DNA of 64,000 nt, from assembly GCA_964016885.1 (NCBI GenBank), contig OZ024743.1, positions 174,964,001 through 175,028,000 of the forward strand, in the 5' to 3' direction. The notes beneath the pieces are model-generated. The model saw nothing but the letters and a program-made list of their open reading frames with translations. It searched no databases and was not told the origin of the DNA. The translations under genes were made by a program, and so were the position numbers. Below are positions 1 to 15,481 of this stretch, one piece after another (the stretch's first letter is position 1; each line of letters opens with the position of its first letter). This DNA comes from Eledone cirrhosa. Taxonomy: Eukaryota.

Positions 1-28
1 ACAACCTAATATTACCAACAAACACCAA

Positions 29-1012
29 ATGAAAAGTACACACCTAAATGCCACTCACACTATACCCCAAAATACCAACATAAAACCAAATTTCTCTAAC
101 TCCTCTAATATAAAGTATAGTAACTCTCAAAAAACTACTCATCATACAACTCTAATAAAGGTTAATAATAAAACTCCTAATAAACAAGCTAAAACACCTA
201 AATCAATAAATCTAACTAAAAATGTGCGTGGTGAGGTCATTAACATTAATCCTCCTAGTAAACATCACGATGCATCCTATAAAAACAATAAACAACATAG
301 AAACCGTAATAGACGTGTTACTTGGTATAATGCTCCATTTAATTTACAAATTAAGGATAATATAGCTAAAAAAATGTTTAATATCCTAGAGAAAAACTTC
401 CCGCCAAACCACAAATACCATCAAATCTTAAATAGATCAACAGTTAAATTCTCATACTCAACAACCAAAAACATAAAACAAAATATAAGTGACTATAATG
501 CATATAAAATAAAAAAAACCATAAGTATACCACCAATACATCAAACTAACCATAATATCTCCTCAAATACAGAATTAACGAAAGGTTGTAACTGTAGAAA
601 CAAAGAAAACTGCCCATTAAAAGGAAATTGTCTTGTTAACAACATAGTTTATAAATGTAAAGTTAAAACTAAAGATTCTATTTGCTCATATATAGGAGCT
701 ACTTCTAACAATTTTAAGGTAAGGTTTAATACCCACAAACATAGTTTTAAAAATGCCGCACTGGCTAATACAACATCTCTAGCAGAAAAAATTAATAGTT
801 ATAGAAATAAGAATATAGAATATGATATGACCTGGAGTGTGCTCAAAAGAGCCACCCCTTATCAAAATAATAGAAATGAATGTAGATTGTGTTCCCAAGA
901 ACTATTTGAAATAATGAAATCTAAGGATATCCTATTAAATAAGCGACAGGAATTAATTATATCGTGTAATCATAAACTGAGAAAAACATTTAAATATTAT
1001 AAACCTAATTAA
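29..1012 (+). CDS. Penelope-like polyprotein C-terminus (linker + GIY-YIG endonuclease), incomplete at the 5' end
   Basis: [78 protein letters not shown]; the frame appears open to the window edge. Confidence 0.85.
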   Translation: MKSTHLNATHTIPQNTNIKPNFSNSSNIKYSNSQKTTHHTTLIKVNNKTPNKQAKTPKSINLTKNVRGEVININPPSKHHDASYKNNKQHRNRNRRVTWYNAPFNLQIKDNIAKKMFNILEKNFPPNHKYHQILNRSTVKFSYSTTKNIKQNISDYNAYKIKKTISIPPIHQTNHNISSNTELTKGCNCRNKENCPLKGNCLVNNIVYKCKVKTKDSICSYIGATSNNFKVRFNTHKHSFKNAALANTTSLAEKINSYRNKNIEYDMTWSVLKRATPYQNNRNECRLCSQELFEIMKSKDILLNKRQELIISCNHKLRKTFKYYKPN

Positions 1013-1900
1013 TAATATATATTTTAGAAATTAATATATAAATTAATTTAAATGTAGTTAACCTATAATTTTAATTTAATTAAAATTCTACTACAGATGA
1101 AATTAAAAAATATCGTATAATCATAAACTGTGAAAAACTTTTAAATATTATTAACATAATTAATATATACTTTGGAAATTAATATATAGATTAATTTTAG
1201 TTTATTTAACCTTTTATTAAAATTCCTTTACAGATGAAATATAACAAAATATCGTGTAATTAATAACAGAGAAATACTTTTTAATATTATAAACCTAATT
1301 AATATACAATTTAGAAATTAATTTATAAATTAATTTTAATTTAGTTAAACTATAATTTTAATTTAGTTAGCTTAAAATTAAAATTCTAATACAGATGGAT
1401 TGCAGAATATCGTGTAATCATAAACTGAGAAAAACTTTTAAATATATACCTAATTAATATATTCTTTACAAATAAATATATAGATTAATTTTAATTTAGT
1501 TAACCTATAATTATATTCTACTATAGATAAAATACAAAATGTTGCTTTAATTATTATAAACCTAATTAACATATACTATAGAAATTATATATAATTTTTA
1601 ATTTAGTTAACCTATAATTAATATTCTACTACCGATGAAATACTTAATTTGGCTTTCCCTATTACTAAATTCATTTCCTAAAATTGATACCATCATGTTA
1701 ATATTTTTAATTTAGTTATGCTATAATTAATACTCTACTACTGTTTAACTTCAAAATTCCGCTTTAAATATTATAAACCTAAGTAGTATACACCTTAGAA
1801 ATTAATATATTAACTATTTTTACTTTAATTAACCTATAATTAATAGTCTACTTATATTAAAATACATAATTTAGCCTTCTTTCTTACAAATACCATTTCC
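959..1900 (+). repeat. Degenerate ~120-155 bp tandem repeats seeded by the ORF 3' end
   Basis: atatcgtgtaatcataaactgagaaaaac-like unit recurs at about 959, 1110, 1250 and 1407, then decays. Confidence 0.75.
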
Positions 1901-2142
1901 TAATACTGACACTACTATGTAAACACATATTATGATTTAACTGCAGATTAATATTCTATCTTCCTTGAAACCTATATTTACTATTTCCCACTAATAATTT
2001 TAATCCCCCTCCCCCCCCAATAATTATTCGTATTTGTAAGCGTGGATGTATGTATGTGTATGTAAGTGTGTATGTATGTTTGTGTGTTTGTATGTGAGTA
2101 TAAAAATACATATGTGCGCATGTAAATATGTGTGTATGAGTG

Positions 2143-2179
<37 letters not shown>

Positions 2180-2267
2180 GTGTATGTATGTATGTGTATG
2201 TATATGTATTTGTAGAGATGTGTGTATGTATGTGTATATATGTGCATAAGTGTCTGACTGTGTGTAT

Positions 2268-2311
<44 letters not shown>

Positions 2312-2440
2312 ATGTATGTCTCTATATTTATGTATGTCTGAGTGTGTGTGTGTGTGTGGTTGTGTGTATATATACATGGGTATGTGTGTGTGTATGTATA
2401 TATATGTATATGTATGTGTGTGTGTATATATATGTGTGTA

Positions 2441-2503
<63 letters not shown>

Positions 2504-3514
2504 ATGTATGTGTGTATGTGTGTGTACATATATGTATATATGTGTGTTGTGTGTATGTGTATGTATATATATATATCGGTGTGTATTTATATGTATGAGT
2601 ATATGTTTTACTTGTTTTTATGTATATGCATACAAACAGGTTAATATGCGTATGCGTATGTGTATGTGTATATATATATATATATATCGGTGTGTATTTA
2701 TATGTATGAGTATATGTTTTACTTGTTTTTATGTATATGCATACAAACAGGTTAATATGCGTGAGGTTAAGTATGTGTATGTGTGTGTGTGTACGTATGT
2801 ATGTATCGAACGTATGGATGTGTAAATGTGCGTATGTATATAAGCATGTATATTTTATGTCTCTCTTTTATGTTTTTTTATGTTTTTTTAATATTTCTTT
2901 TGTGAGACATTCGCGTCTGTGTATGTACGTACCCCCCCCTTATTTTTTGTTCCCCCGTTTTTAAGTTTTTTCCTTCTATAAAAATTTTTTTTTTATTTCT
3001 AACTTTATAGATAAATTTTTATAAATATGCTGAGTTTGACACTCTCCTTTAATTACTTACTCCCTTACTCCCTTTTAATTCTGCATCTGAATGTAAGTGT
3101 TTATGTGTGCGCCTCAATATCCATATAGTTATAATAATAATATATACGTATGTGTGTGTGTGTGTGTATATATATGTGTGTTCGTAGGTATGTGTGTGTT
3201 TATGTATATATGCGTGTGTGTGTATGAATGTATGTATATGTGTGTATATATGTATGTATATATATATGTATATGTATGTATATTTTGTCTGTAGATTATA
3301 AACATACAGATTTTTATATTTACATACACTTTTTCGACATGCGTATGCATGTGAACATACATTTTTATGCATATCTGTGAACGAATTTACTTACATATAT
3401 ACACACACCTAACTGTATTTTCTTGATGAATTTTATGTATTTCATTGGTCTATTTAAAATCTGTTCCCAAACAGACCTGTAATTTTGAATTGTTGTTATT
3501 ATCAATAAATATAC

Positions 3515-3657
3515 TTCATTATTTCTGAAGACAGCATATATATGTGATGGTATGTATATTCTCCTTGATAGTTTGTATAATTTTGTACATAGATCTTTTG
3601 AATATGCATGCCAATTCTAAAACATATATGTCCTAGAAACGATCGTAAAATAATGAA
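3515..3657 (+). ncRNA. Type I hammerhead ribozyme, family A (long stem II)
   Basis: ttcattattt-CTGAAGA-~100 nt stem II-GAAA-cgatcg-TA-aaataatgaa; 10 bp stem I; base of stem II imperfect. Confidence 0.65.
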
Positions 3658-3683
3658 CTTTTTTTGTTTAATATAAGGAACTT

Positions 3684-3719
<36 letters not shown>

Positions 3720-3728
3720 TTTATACAC

Positions 3729-3780
<52 letters not shown>

Positions 3781-3784
<4 letters not shown>

Positions 3785-3997
3785 CTTTCATCCTTCTATG
3801 TTGTTTACTTGTCTCATTAGCTTTACGCGATTTACTTGTCCCAGTAGCTTTTTTTATTGCTCGCACCAACCTGAAGTATATGATTTTTAATGCGATGAAA
3901 TATCAATGATGGTTGGCAAATCACTGACGAAGGACTATTTTTATCATATGTAACCCATGTGCAACCACGCAGTATTCTTCTTTCTTCTCATGTTTTA
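3781..3997 (+). repeat. Non-coding (TA)n-flanked repeat family I (k-turn-like hairpin)
   Basis: Related copies at 15132-15346(-), 21940-22200(-), 34057-34250(-), 34516-34692 and 63822-63938(+). Confidence 0.7.
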
Positions 3998-4011
3998 TAT
4001 ATATATATATA

Positions 4012-5390
4012 TATAAGATCAAAAGATGGTTAAAAGAGTTCCGTGTATTTTATTATGCGCATTTCAAAAACAAATATCATCATGAGATGACATTTCCGTT
4101 TTCGTCAGATAAAATAGGGATACATGATATGAAGGTTAAAGAACACTTGTGAATAGTGAAGTTTTAAATCAACATATGAAAATTAGTTCAAGATTGATGT
4201 GTGATATTGGGAAAAATATGAAGGGGGGAGGGAAGGATGAAAAAAAGGAGGAGATGAGAGTAGAGAATGGTGGGGGAGGAGTATAATAAGGAAGGAGGAG
4301 ATAGGAGGAGAGATGGGTGATAGAAAGAGAGAGATAGCCTTTATAAGTGAGAAAAAATATATATTGTTTCACAGAGAGAGGTTAAAAAGCCGTTGGAAGA
4401 TAATATATAGATTAAAAGAATTTGAAAATTGATGAAGAGAAAAAATTAAGAATAATATTAAATTAAGGTTTGTATATTGAAGGGTTTAATAATATGTGCG
4501 ATGAAAAGAAATTGTTAATATGTATTATTAAAATAAAAATATTAATGTTATTAAGGATATAAAGTGAAAAGAAGTAGAAGAGTGGATGAATTATGAATTT
4601 AGAGGAATTAGTTAGTGTTTAAGTTTGTTTTTATGTAATGTAATATGTATGCGTAATATATGTAAATAGTTTGTTTACAAATGAGCACAGAAAGCAAAGA
4701 AGAAAATAGTGTTTAAGGAAGAGAAGACTCTAACATCAAAATATATGTTTATGAAGTATTTTCTAATGGTAATAATATAATGTAATAAAGGAGATTAGTT
4801 AGGGTTTAAGTTTGTTTTTATGTATTGTGATAGGTAATATGTAAAAGTCAAACGAGCATGAAAGGGAGAAAAATATAATGAACTGAGGGGGAATAATCTA
4901 ACGTCAAAAAATGTTTATGTTTACGAAGGAATTTTAAATGTAATTAATGCTCTAAACTATTTAAAAGGTAATAATAAATTTTATGGCCAATGGTATGAAG
5001 AAAGATGGAAGAGTGGATATGTTGTGGTGAGTAATAATAAGAATTGAGAAGTATTTAGGAAGAAAAAGTACAGATTAGAGGTTAGAAATTAAAAGAAAAG
5101 AGGAAGAATGGAAAGTGATAAATAGGAATGATATAGAATAAGTAACTAGTATTATATAATGTATAATAAATAATATTGAAATAAGGTAGAAAGATGGGTA
5201 TATTTTTAAAGAAATATATATATAAGCCTTTGAGAAAAAGGATTTTAAACTGGTAAAGTATTAGATATTAGCTGTATACTTTATGGAATGTTCTGTGGAA
5301 TTTATGCAAGCAGAGAGAAAATAAGTCAGTGCGTCTATTTATTATAGAATCTAAATTAGATATAATGTTAAATTTCTCACATAAACAAGT
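4012..5390 (-). mobile_element. Penelope-like element family B, 3' end
   Basis: Minus strand encodes the GIY-YIG tail ([28 protein letters not shown]) followed by a UTR ending in a hammerhead. Confidence 0.75.
4046..4116 (-). ncRNA. Type I hammerhead ribozyme, family B
   Basis: Reverse complement: tattttat-CTGACGA-aaacggaaatgtcat..atgatatttgttttt-GAAA-tgcgca-TA-ataaaata. Confidence 0.8.
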
Positions 5391-5440
5391 TTGTTCTGCC
5401 TCTCCCTACTTGAATGCCTCCCTATCCAGATCGTGTAATC

Positions 5441-5519
<79 letters not shown>

Positions 5520-5522
5520 GCG

Positions 5523-5598
<76 letters not shown>

Positions 5599-5628
5599 CA
5601 CATACGCATACGCATATTAACCTGTTTA

Positions 5629-8780
<3,152 letters not shown>

Positions 8781-8817
8781 CTTTATATATATATATATAT
8801 ATATATAAGTATGCATG

Positions 8818-9532
8818 TATGCATACGTACATACATATATGTATACAGACGTACAGTAGTATGTATATATATATACATACATGCACACATATATATATGC
8901 ACGTATCGGTTTACCGAACATTTATTATAATTCTCGGTTTGTTTGTTTGTAAACAAACAGCCCGAATTACGCTGTACAGTGTTTAGGCAAGCACGTCACC
9001 TTTTTGTTCAACACTGACACAGGAACGATGTACTAGTTTCAAGCTTATTAGCTATCGTCAGCATCGTTTACCTTCCTGCCAGATGGTTGAACGTCTGAAA
9101 GTATATACTTTCCTTATGCATATTAACGGCTGCGCAGCCTAATTTGCATATCGAGTGAGTTCAGTCGGCCGGGCGCACCGAAAACGATAAATAGAATAGA
9201 ATGAAACGAAATTTCATGGGAATTCATTTATTATACATGCTAGGCACGTATATTAATTTATGAATAGGCTTAACTTCTAGCTTGTACCTATCGTGTTTTT
9301 TAATCTCTTTAGCTTTAGGGGAAAGGTGACAAATGCATTATCCTTTCCACACTGAAAGTAAACTGTACGGCGTAATTCGGGCTGTTTGTTTGTTTACAAA
9401 CAAACAAACAAACCGAGCATTATAATAAGTGTTCGGTAAACCGATACGTGCATATATATATGTGTGTGCATGTATGTATATATATACATACTACTGTACG
9501 TCTGTATACATATATGTATGTACGTATGCATA
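8818..9532. repeat. Inverted repeat, ~165 bp arms (8818-8980 / 9362-9532)
   Basis: Arms are near reverse complements; the spacer contains a hammerhead. Confidence 0.85.
9024..9068 (-). ncRNA. Minimal type I hammerhead ribozyme, family J
   Basis: Reverse complement: aacgatg-CTGACGA-t-agct-aata-agct-t-GAAA-ctag-TA-catcgtt; 7 bp stem I. Confidence 0.8.
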
Positions 9533-9568
9533 AAGAGTGAGAAATGAAATTTCGTTTCATTCTATTCC

Positions 9569-9618
<50 letters not shown>

Positions 9619-9775
9619 TAAAATAACAGATTAAAGTTTAAGCAAGAATCGCTGCTTTCACCCTTAACGGGATCTTCTGAAACTAACAAAGTCAATCTGT
9701 AAACGCAGAACTGGATATTTCAAAAAACGTTGCAACCGGAGGAAGACAGGAAGACGATACTTTGGTTCATGGTGA

Positions 9776-10040
9776 CGTTCGCTGGCAAAGAACGGGAAAA
9801 AACGAATAATACGTCATTAATAGGAGCGGTAAAAAACAATTACGCGCAAAGACAGAACCACGTTTATGGTATAAAAGAGGTCGTAGAATAATGTTCTCTA
9901 AGTGGTGCATAGAGACGTTCTCTGGCAATGAACGAAAAAACGAAGATAATAAGTCATATGTGGAGCGTTGAGAACAATAGCACGCAAAGACAAAACCACG
10001 TAAATGGTATAGCAGAAGTTGTAGACTAAAATTCTAACTA
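9776..10040. repeat. Two diverged ~140 bp tandem units
   Basis: acgttc.ctggcaa.gaacg..cgcaaagaca.aaccacgt..atggtata at 9776 and 9915. Confidence 0.7.
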
Positions 10041-10049
10041 GGAGACCGA

Positions 10050-10208
10050 ATGAATCTCCGCTACAGAGTTAAGAACAAAGTAAATAAATACAATACAGAA
10101 GTAATAGAAACAAATAAATACATACACGCAAACAGATACGTACATACACAAGCATACTTCTGTATTGTATTTATTTACTTTGTTCTTAACTCTGTAGCGG
10201 AGATTCAT
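10050..10208. repeat. Perfect 54 bp inverted repeat with 51 bp spacer
   Basis: 10050-10103 is the reverse complement of 10155-10208. Confidence 0.9.
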
Positions 10209-11278
10209 GAACAGCTCTCTATCTAAAATCTGTAATCTCTGCCTAAATGAAAAATTTACCATTAATCTAGATTCTATAATAAATAGACGTACAGATTTGT
10301 TTTCTATCTGCTTGCATAAATTCCATAAGACATTTCACAAAGTATACAGCTAATATTCAATTCTTTATCAATTTAGAATCTTTTCTCAAAGGCACATATA
10401 CATACACCTCTTTTAAAATATACCCATCTTCCTACCTTACTTCAAAGGGTATTATACACTCTATACTACTTGTTTACTCATTACCCTCACTCTATCTTCA
10501 CCTTGTAAAATCCTTCGTAACATATACATTTGTTTTGACGCCAGATTATTCATCCTTAATTTATTATTTCTTTCTCCCCATCATCTAACTCATTCTTAAT
10601 ACATATTAACTCTTTCTTCGCACATATTATCAATTCCTTCAATATACAAACCTTAACTTCACATTATCTTTCTCAAATCCTTCAATACACAAACCTTAAT
10701 AATTTTTTCTCTTCGTTAATTTTCAAATTTCCATAATACTTGTAAACATACACACATTTTTTTTTTTTTTTTTTGACGTTAGAATATTCATCCGCAATCC
10801 ATTATTCTTTTCTCTCTATCATCAAACTTTTTAATCTCAATACATATTAACTCCCTCTCCTTCTTCGTACATATTTTTCCCTTCGTTAATTTTCAAATTC
10901 TTTTAATTTATACATTATCTTCCAACGGTTTTCAACCTCTCTATGTAAAACAATATATCTTTTCTCAGTTATAAAAACTATCTCTTTCTCTCTATCACCC
11001 ATCTCTCCCTCTCCACCTTCACTCTCATCTCCTCCCCTTTTTTTCATCCTTTCCACCACCCCTCTCTAAATAAAATATTTTTCCCAATATCACACATCAA
11101 TCTAAAATTACTTTTCATATGTTGATTTAAAACTGCACTATCCACAAGTGTTTTTTAGCCTTCATATCATGTCCTCCTGTTTTAACTGATGAAAACACAA
11201 ATATTATTGCATGATGATGTTTGTTTTTGAAATGCGCATAATAAAATACATGGAACTCCTTTAACCATCTTTTGATCT

Positions 11279-11281
<3 letters not shown>
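10207..11281 (+). mobile_element. Penelope-like family B (diverged subfamily), 3' end
   Basis: [42 protein letters not shown] then UTR and hammerhead. Confidence 0.75.
11180..11246 (+). ncRNA. Type I hammerhead ribozyme, family B
   Basis: ttttaa-CTGATGA-aaacacaaatattat..atgatgtttgttttt-GAAA-tgcgca-TA-ataaaa; mismatch at the first stem I pair. Confidence 0.7.
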
Positions 11282-11316
<35 letters not shown>

Positions 11317-11355
11317 AGATCAATAGATCGTATAGATGGTTAAAAGAGTTCTATG

Positions 11356-11426
11356 TATTTTATTATGCGCATTTCAAAAACAAATATCATCATACGATGA
11401 CATTTGCGTTTTCGTCAGATAAAATA
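11356..11426 (-). ncRNA. Type I hammerhead ribozyme, family B
   Basis: Reverse complement has CTGACGA..GAAA-tgcgca-TA with an 8 bp stem I. Confidence 0.8.
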
Positions 11427-11721
11427 GGGAGACATGCTATGAAGGTTAAAGAACACTTGTGAATAGTGCAGTTTTAAATCAACATACGAAAAGTAGTTTA
11501 AGATTGATGTGTGATATTGGGGGAAAAAAATGAGGCGGGGGGGATGAAAAAGAAAAGGAGATGAGAGTAAGGAATGGAGGGGGAGGAGAGATGGGTGAAT
11601 ACATGGAACTCTTTTAACTATCTTTTGATCTTATATTATTTATACTCCAGTCCTACAAACTGTAGAGTGCTACTTATTTGATATCTGCATTGCTTTATTG
11701 TACTACAATAAAACTCACCTC

Positions 11722-11860
<139 letters not shown>

Positions 11861-11926
11861 TCATATGTTGATTAAAAACTGCACTATCAACAAGTGTTTT
11901 TTTAGCCTTCATATCATGTTCTCCTG

Positions 11927-11993
11927 TTTTATCTGATGAAAACACAAATATTATTGCTTGATGATGTTTGTTTTTGAAATGCGCATAATAAAA
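11927..11993 (+). ncRNA. Type I hammerhead ribozyme, family B
   Basis: ttttat-CTGATGA-stem II-GAAA-tgcgca-TA-ataaaa. Confidence 0.8.
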
Positions 11994-12119
11994 TATATGG
12001 AACTCCTTTAACCATCTTTTGATCTTATGTTATGCATACTCCAGTCCCACAAACTGTAGAGTGCTTCTTATCCGATATCTGCATTGCTTTATTGTACTAC
12101 AATAAAACTCACCTCCTAC

Positions 12120-12173
<54 letters not shown>

Positions 12174-12230
12174 CTATATCTATATATATACGATATTAAT
12201 AAATGGAAACTATATTTATAAAACCATATT

Positions 12231-12295
12231 TATTTCATTATATATATTTCAAGGATACCAAGTTAAATTATGGTATGCCTTCATCAGACAAAATA
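12231..12295 (-). ncRNA. Type I hammerhead ribozyme, family C
   Basis: Reverse complement of 12452-12516, inside a ~157 bp inverted repeat (12187-12342 / 12405-12561). Confidence 0.8.
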
Positions 12296-12451
12296 CAATA
12301 TATAACAGTTTTATAAATAGACATTGACGTACCCTTTTAAAAAGTGACCGTTGCTTTTGGAGGCCATCAGGATAGTGGTTTGTTTACTTTAGTAAGTCAT
12401 AGTGTTTTAAAAGGGTACGTCAATGTCTATTTATAAAACTGTTATATATTG

Positions 12452-12516
12452 TATTTTGTCTGATGAAGGCATACCATAATTTAACTTGGTATCCTTGAAA
12501 TATATATAATGAAATA
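12452..12516 (+). ncRNA. Type I hammerhead ribozyme, family C
   Basis: tattttgt-CTGATGA-aggcatacca..tggtatcctt-GAAA-tatata-TA-atgaaata. Confidence 0.8.
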
Positions 12517-12682
12517 AATATGGTTTTATAAATATAGTTTCCATTTATTAATATCGTATATCTACTCCAAATATTTGTCGAGTGCTTTATATCAGTTATA
12601 AAAATATTTGATTGTTGTATCCCAACAATTTAAATAGAACTTTTGCATATCTCTCTCTCTCTCTATATATATATGTATAAAA

Positions 12683-12730
<48 letters not shown>

Positions 12731-12734
12731 CTCG

Positions 12735-12843
12735 GACCGGGTGATGTGTTGTTACCTTGAGCAAGACACTTTATTTCACGTTGCTCCAGTTTACTCAGCT
12801 GTAGAAATGAGTACCGGCCTGCCCGCCCAGCCAATGGGATGGC

Positions 12844-12845
<2 letters not shown>
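12735..12845 (+). mobile_element. CORE-type SINE fragment
   Basis: ccttgagcaagacactt..ccagtttactcagctgtagaaatgagta resembles the MIR/CORE domain. Confidence 0.55.
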
Positions 12846-12914
<69 letters not shown>

Positions 12915-12920
<6 letters not shown>

Positions 12921-13561
12921 GCCTTTCATAGGTTATAGATTCCATACACTGGTGGTTTTTTTCCCTGTTTTATTGACAACGCACTACACATCTCTCTATG
13001 GTGTGTTACCTTTTCAACATATTGTATTTTAAAGAGCTCAGGATTTCTTCTCCTTTCAGCACATTATTTACAGGGAATAGCGAGGGCCTATGCCTCCGTT
13101 AACTTATCGTGATATTTCGCTCCTAATAACAGTCTTTCCTATCTCTGTTTGGTTGAGCACACTTCTCTGAGTGGCTTTGGGCTGCCCTTTCTAGCAGTTC
13201 GTCCCTTAGAGGCCACTGGCTCACTGCCCTTAAACACGCTGTGACTTCTCTCTCCCACGTGTAGCTGGACAGCTACTTTTAAAATTCTCTTAGTGTTGTC
13301 TGAAATGTATAGCCTTACACACGCTGATGAATCGAGGCTAACCAATTTCGTTCAACAAATTACTGGTGAAACATATCTTTGGATTTATACGTGTGTTATA
13401 TAGTTATAGAGGTATTTATTTACGCTTTAATTTATATTTTTAATTATCGTGTCTATAGTCTGCCTTTCATAGGTTATAGATTCCATACACTGGTGGTTCT
13501 TTTCCCTGTTTTATTCATAGTGCACTGTATATCTCTCTCTGGTGTGTTACCTTTTCAACAT

Positions 13562-13568
<7 letters not shown>
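12915..13568 (+). mobile_element. Non-coding 541 bp unit with 113 bp terminal direct repeat and a hammerhead (retrozyme/pLTR-like)
   Basis: 12915-13027 matches 13456-13568; (TA)n on both sides. Confidence 0.65.
13317..13396 (+). ncRNA. Type I hammerhead ribozyme, family D (stem III partly decayed)
   Basis: acacacg-CTGATGA-atc..ggt-GAAA-catatctttggattta-TA-cgtgtgt. Confidence 0.65.
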
Positions 13569-13611
<43 letters not shown>

Positions 13612-13614
13612 CGC

Positions 13615-13687
<73 letters not shown>

Positions 13688-13739
13688 GATTACACGTTCT
13701 GGATAGGGAGGCATTCAAGTAGGGAGAGGCAGAACAAAC

Positions 13740-15115
13740 TTGTTTATGTGAGAAATTTAACATTATATCTAATTTAGATTCTATAATAAATAGACGCACT
13801 GACTTATTTTCTCTCTGCTTGCATAAATTCCACAGAACATTCCATAAAGTATACAGCTAATATCTAATACTTTACCAGTTTAAAATCCTTTTTCTCAAAG
13901 GCTTATATATATATTTCTTTAAAAATATACCCATCTTTCTACCTTATTTCAATATTATTTATTATACATTATATAATACTAGTTACTTATTCTATATCAT
14001 TCCTATTTATCACTTTCCATTCTTCCTCTTTTCTTTTAATTTCTAACCTCTAATCTGTACTTTTTCTTCCTAAATACTTCTCAATTCTTATTATTACTCA
14101 CCACAACATATCCACTCTTCCATCTTTCTTCATACCATTGGCCATAAAATTTATTATTACCTTTTAAATAGTTTAGAGCATTAATTACATTTAAAATTCC
14201 TTCGTAAACATAAACATTTTTTGACGTTAGATTATTCCCCCTCAGTTCATTATATTTTTCTCCCTTTCATGCTCGTTTGACTTTTACATATTACCTATCA
14301 CAATACATAAAAACAAACTTAAACCCTAACTAATCTCCTTTATTACATTATATTATTACCATTAGAAAATACTTCATAAACATATATTTTGATGTTAGAG
14401 TCTTCTCTTCCTTAAACACTATTTTCTTCTTTGCTTTCTGTGCTCATTTGTAAACAAACTATTTACATATATTACGCATACATATTACATTACATAAAAA
14501 CAAACTTAAACACTAACTAATTCCTCTAAATTCATAATTCATCCACTCTTCTACTTCTTTTCACTTTATATCCTTAATAACATTAATATTTTTATTTTAA
14601 TAATACATATTAACAATTTCTTTTCATCGCACATATTATTAAACCCTTCAATATACAAACCTTAATTTAATATTATTCTTAATTTTTTCTCTTCATCAAT
14701 TTTCAAATTCTTTTAATCTATATATTATCTTCCAACGGCTTTTTAACCTCTCTCTGTGAGACAATATATATTTTTTCTCACTTATAAAGGCTATCTCTCT
14801 CTTTCTATCACCCATCTCTCCTCCTATCTCCTCCTTCCTTATTATACTCCTCCCCCACCATTCTCTACTCTCATCTCCTCCTTTTTTTCATCCTTCCCTC
14901 CCCCCTTCATATTTTTCCCAATATCACACATCAATCTTGAACTAATTTTCATATGTTGATTTAAAACTTCACTATTCACAAGTGTTCTTTAACCTTCATA
15001 TCATGTATCCCTATTTTATCTAACGAAAACGGAAATGTCATCTCATGATGATATTTGTTTTTGAAATGCGCATAATAAAATACACGGAACTCTTTTAACC
15101 ATCTTTTGATCTTAT
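13740..15115 (+). mobile_element. Penelope-like family B 3' end (inverted duplicate of 4012-5390)
   Basis: Reverse complement of 4012-5390. Confidence 0.75.
15012..15082 (+). ncRNA. Hammerhead family B, probably inactive (G5A)
   Basis: Core reads CTAACGA; the rest matches 4046-4116. Confidence 0.65.
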
Positions 15116-15341
15116 ATATATATATATATAAAACATGAGAAGAAAGAAGAATACTGCGTGGTTGCACATGGGTTACATATGATAAAAATAGTCCTTCGTC
15201 AGTGATTTGCCAACCATCATTGATATTTCATCGCATTAAAAATCATATACCTCAGGTTGGTGCGAGCAATAAAAAAAGCTACTGGGACAAGTAAATCGCG
15301 TAAAGCGAATGAGACAAGTAAACAACATAGAAGGATGAAAG

Positions 15342-15393
<52 letters not shown>

Positions 15394-15399
15394 GTGTAT

Positions 15400-15474
<75 letters not shown>

Positions 15475-15481
<7 letters not shown>

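Larger units (their letters stand above)
1..3700 (+). mobile_element. Penelope-like element (Neptune-type), family A, 3' part with long 3' UTR/pLTR
   Basis: GIY-YIG ORF at 29-1012, then a repeat-rich UTR, a hammerhead at 3515-3657 and an end in (TA)n; further copies at 5629-8780 and 15475-18941. Confidence 0.85.

Noticed and set aside
1981-3372. Many Y/I/V/C/H/T-rich ORFs here and at 7.1-8.4, 15.8-17.3, 23.5-24, 31.8-32.3 and 63.1-63.9 kb
   Set aside because: Translations of (TA)n/(TG)n/(CA)n microsatellites, open in several frames
3921-3975. CTGACGA-aggac in family I as a hammerhead or SECIS
   Set aside because: No downstream GAAA in any copy; helix too short for a SECIS
9641-9686. Hammerhead-like CAGAAGA-tccc..gggt-GAAA on the minus strand
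   Set aside because: Core U4 altered and no convincing UH site or stem I; at best a relic, not counted
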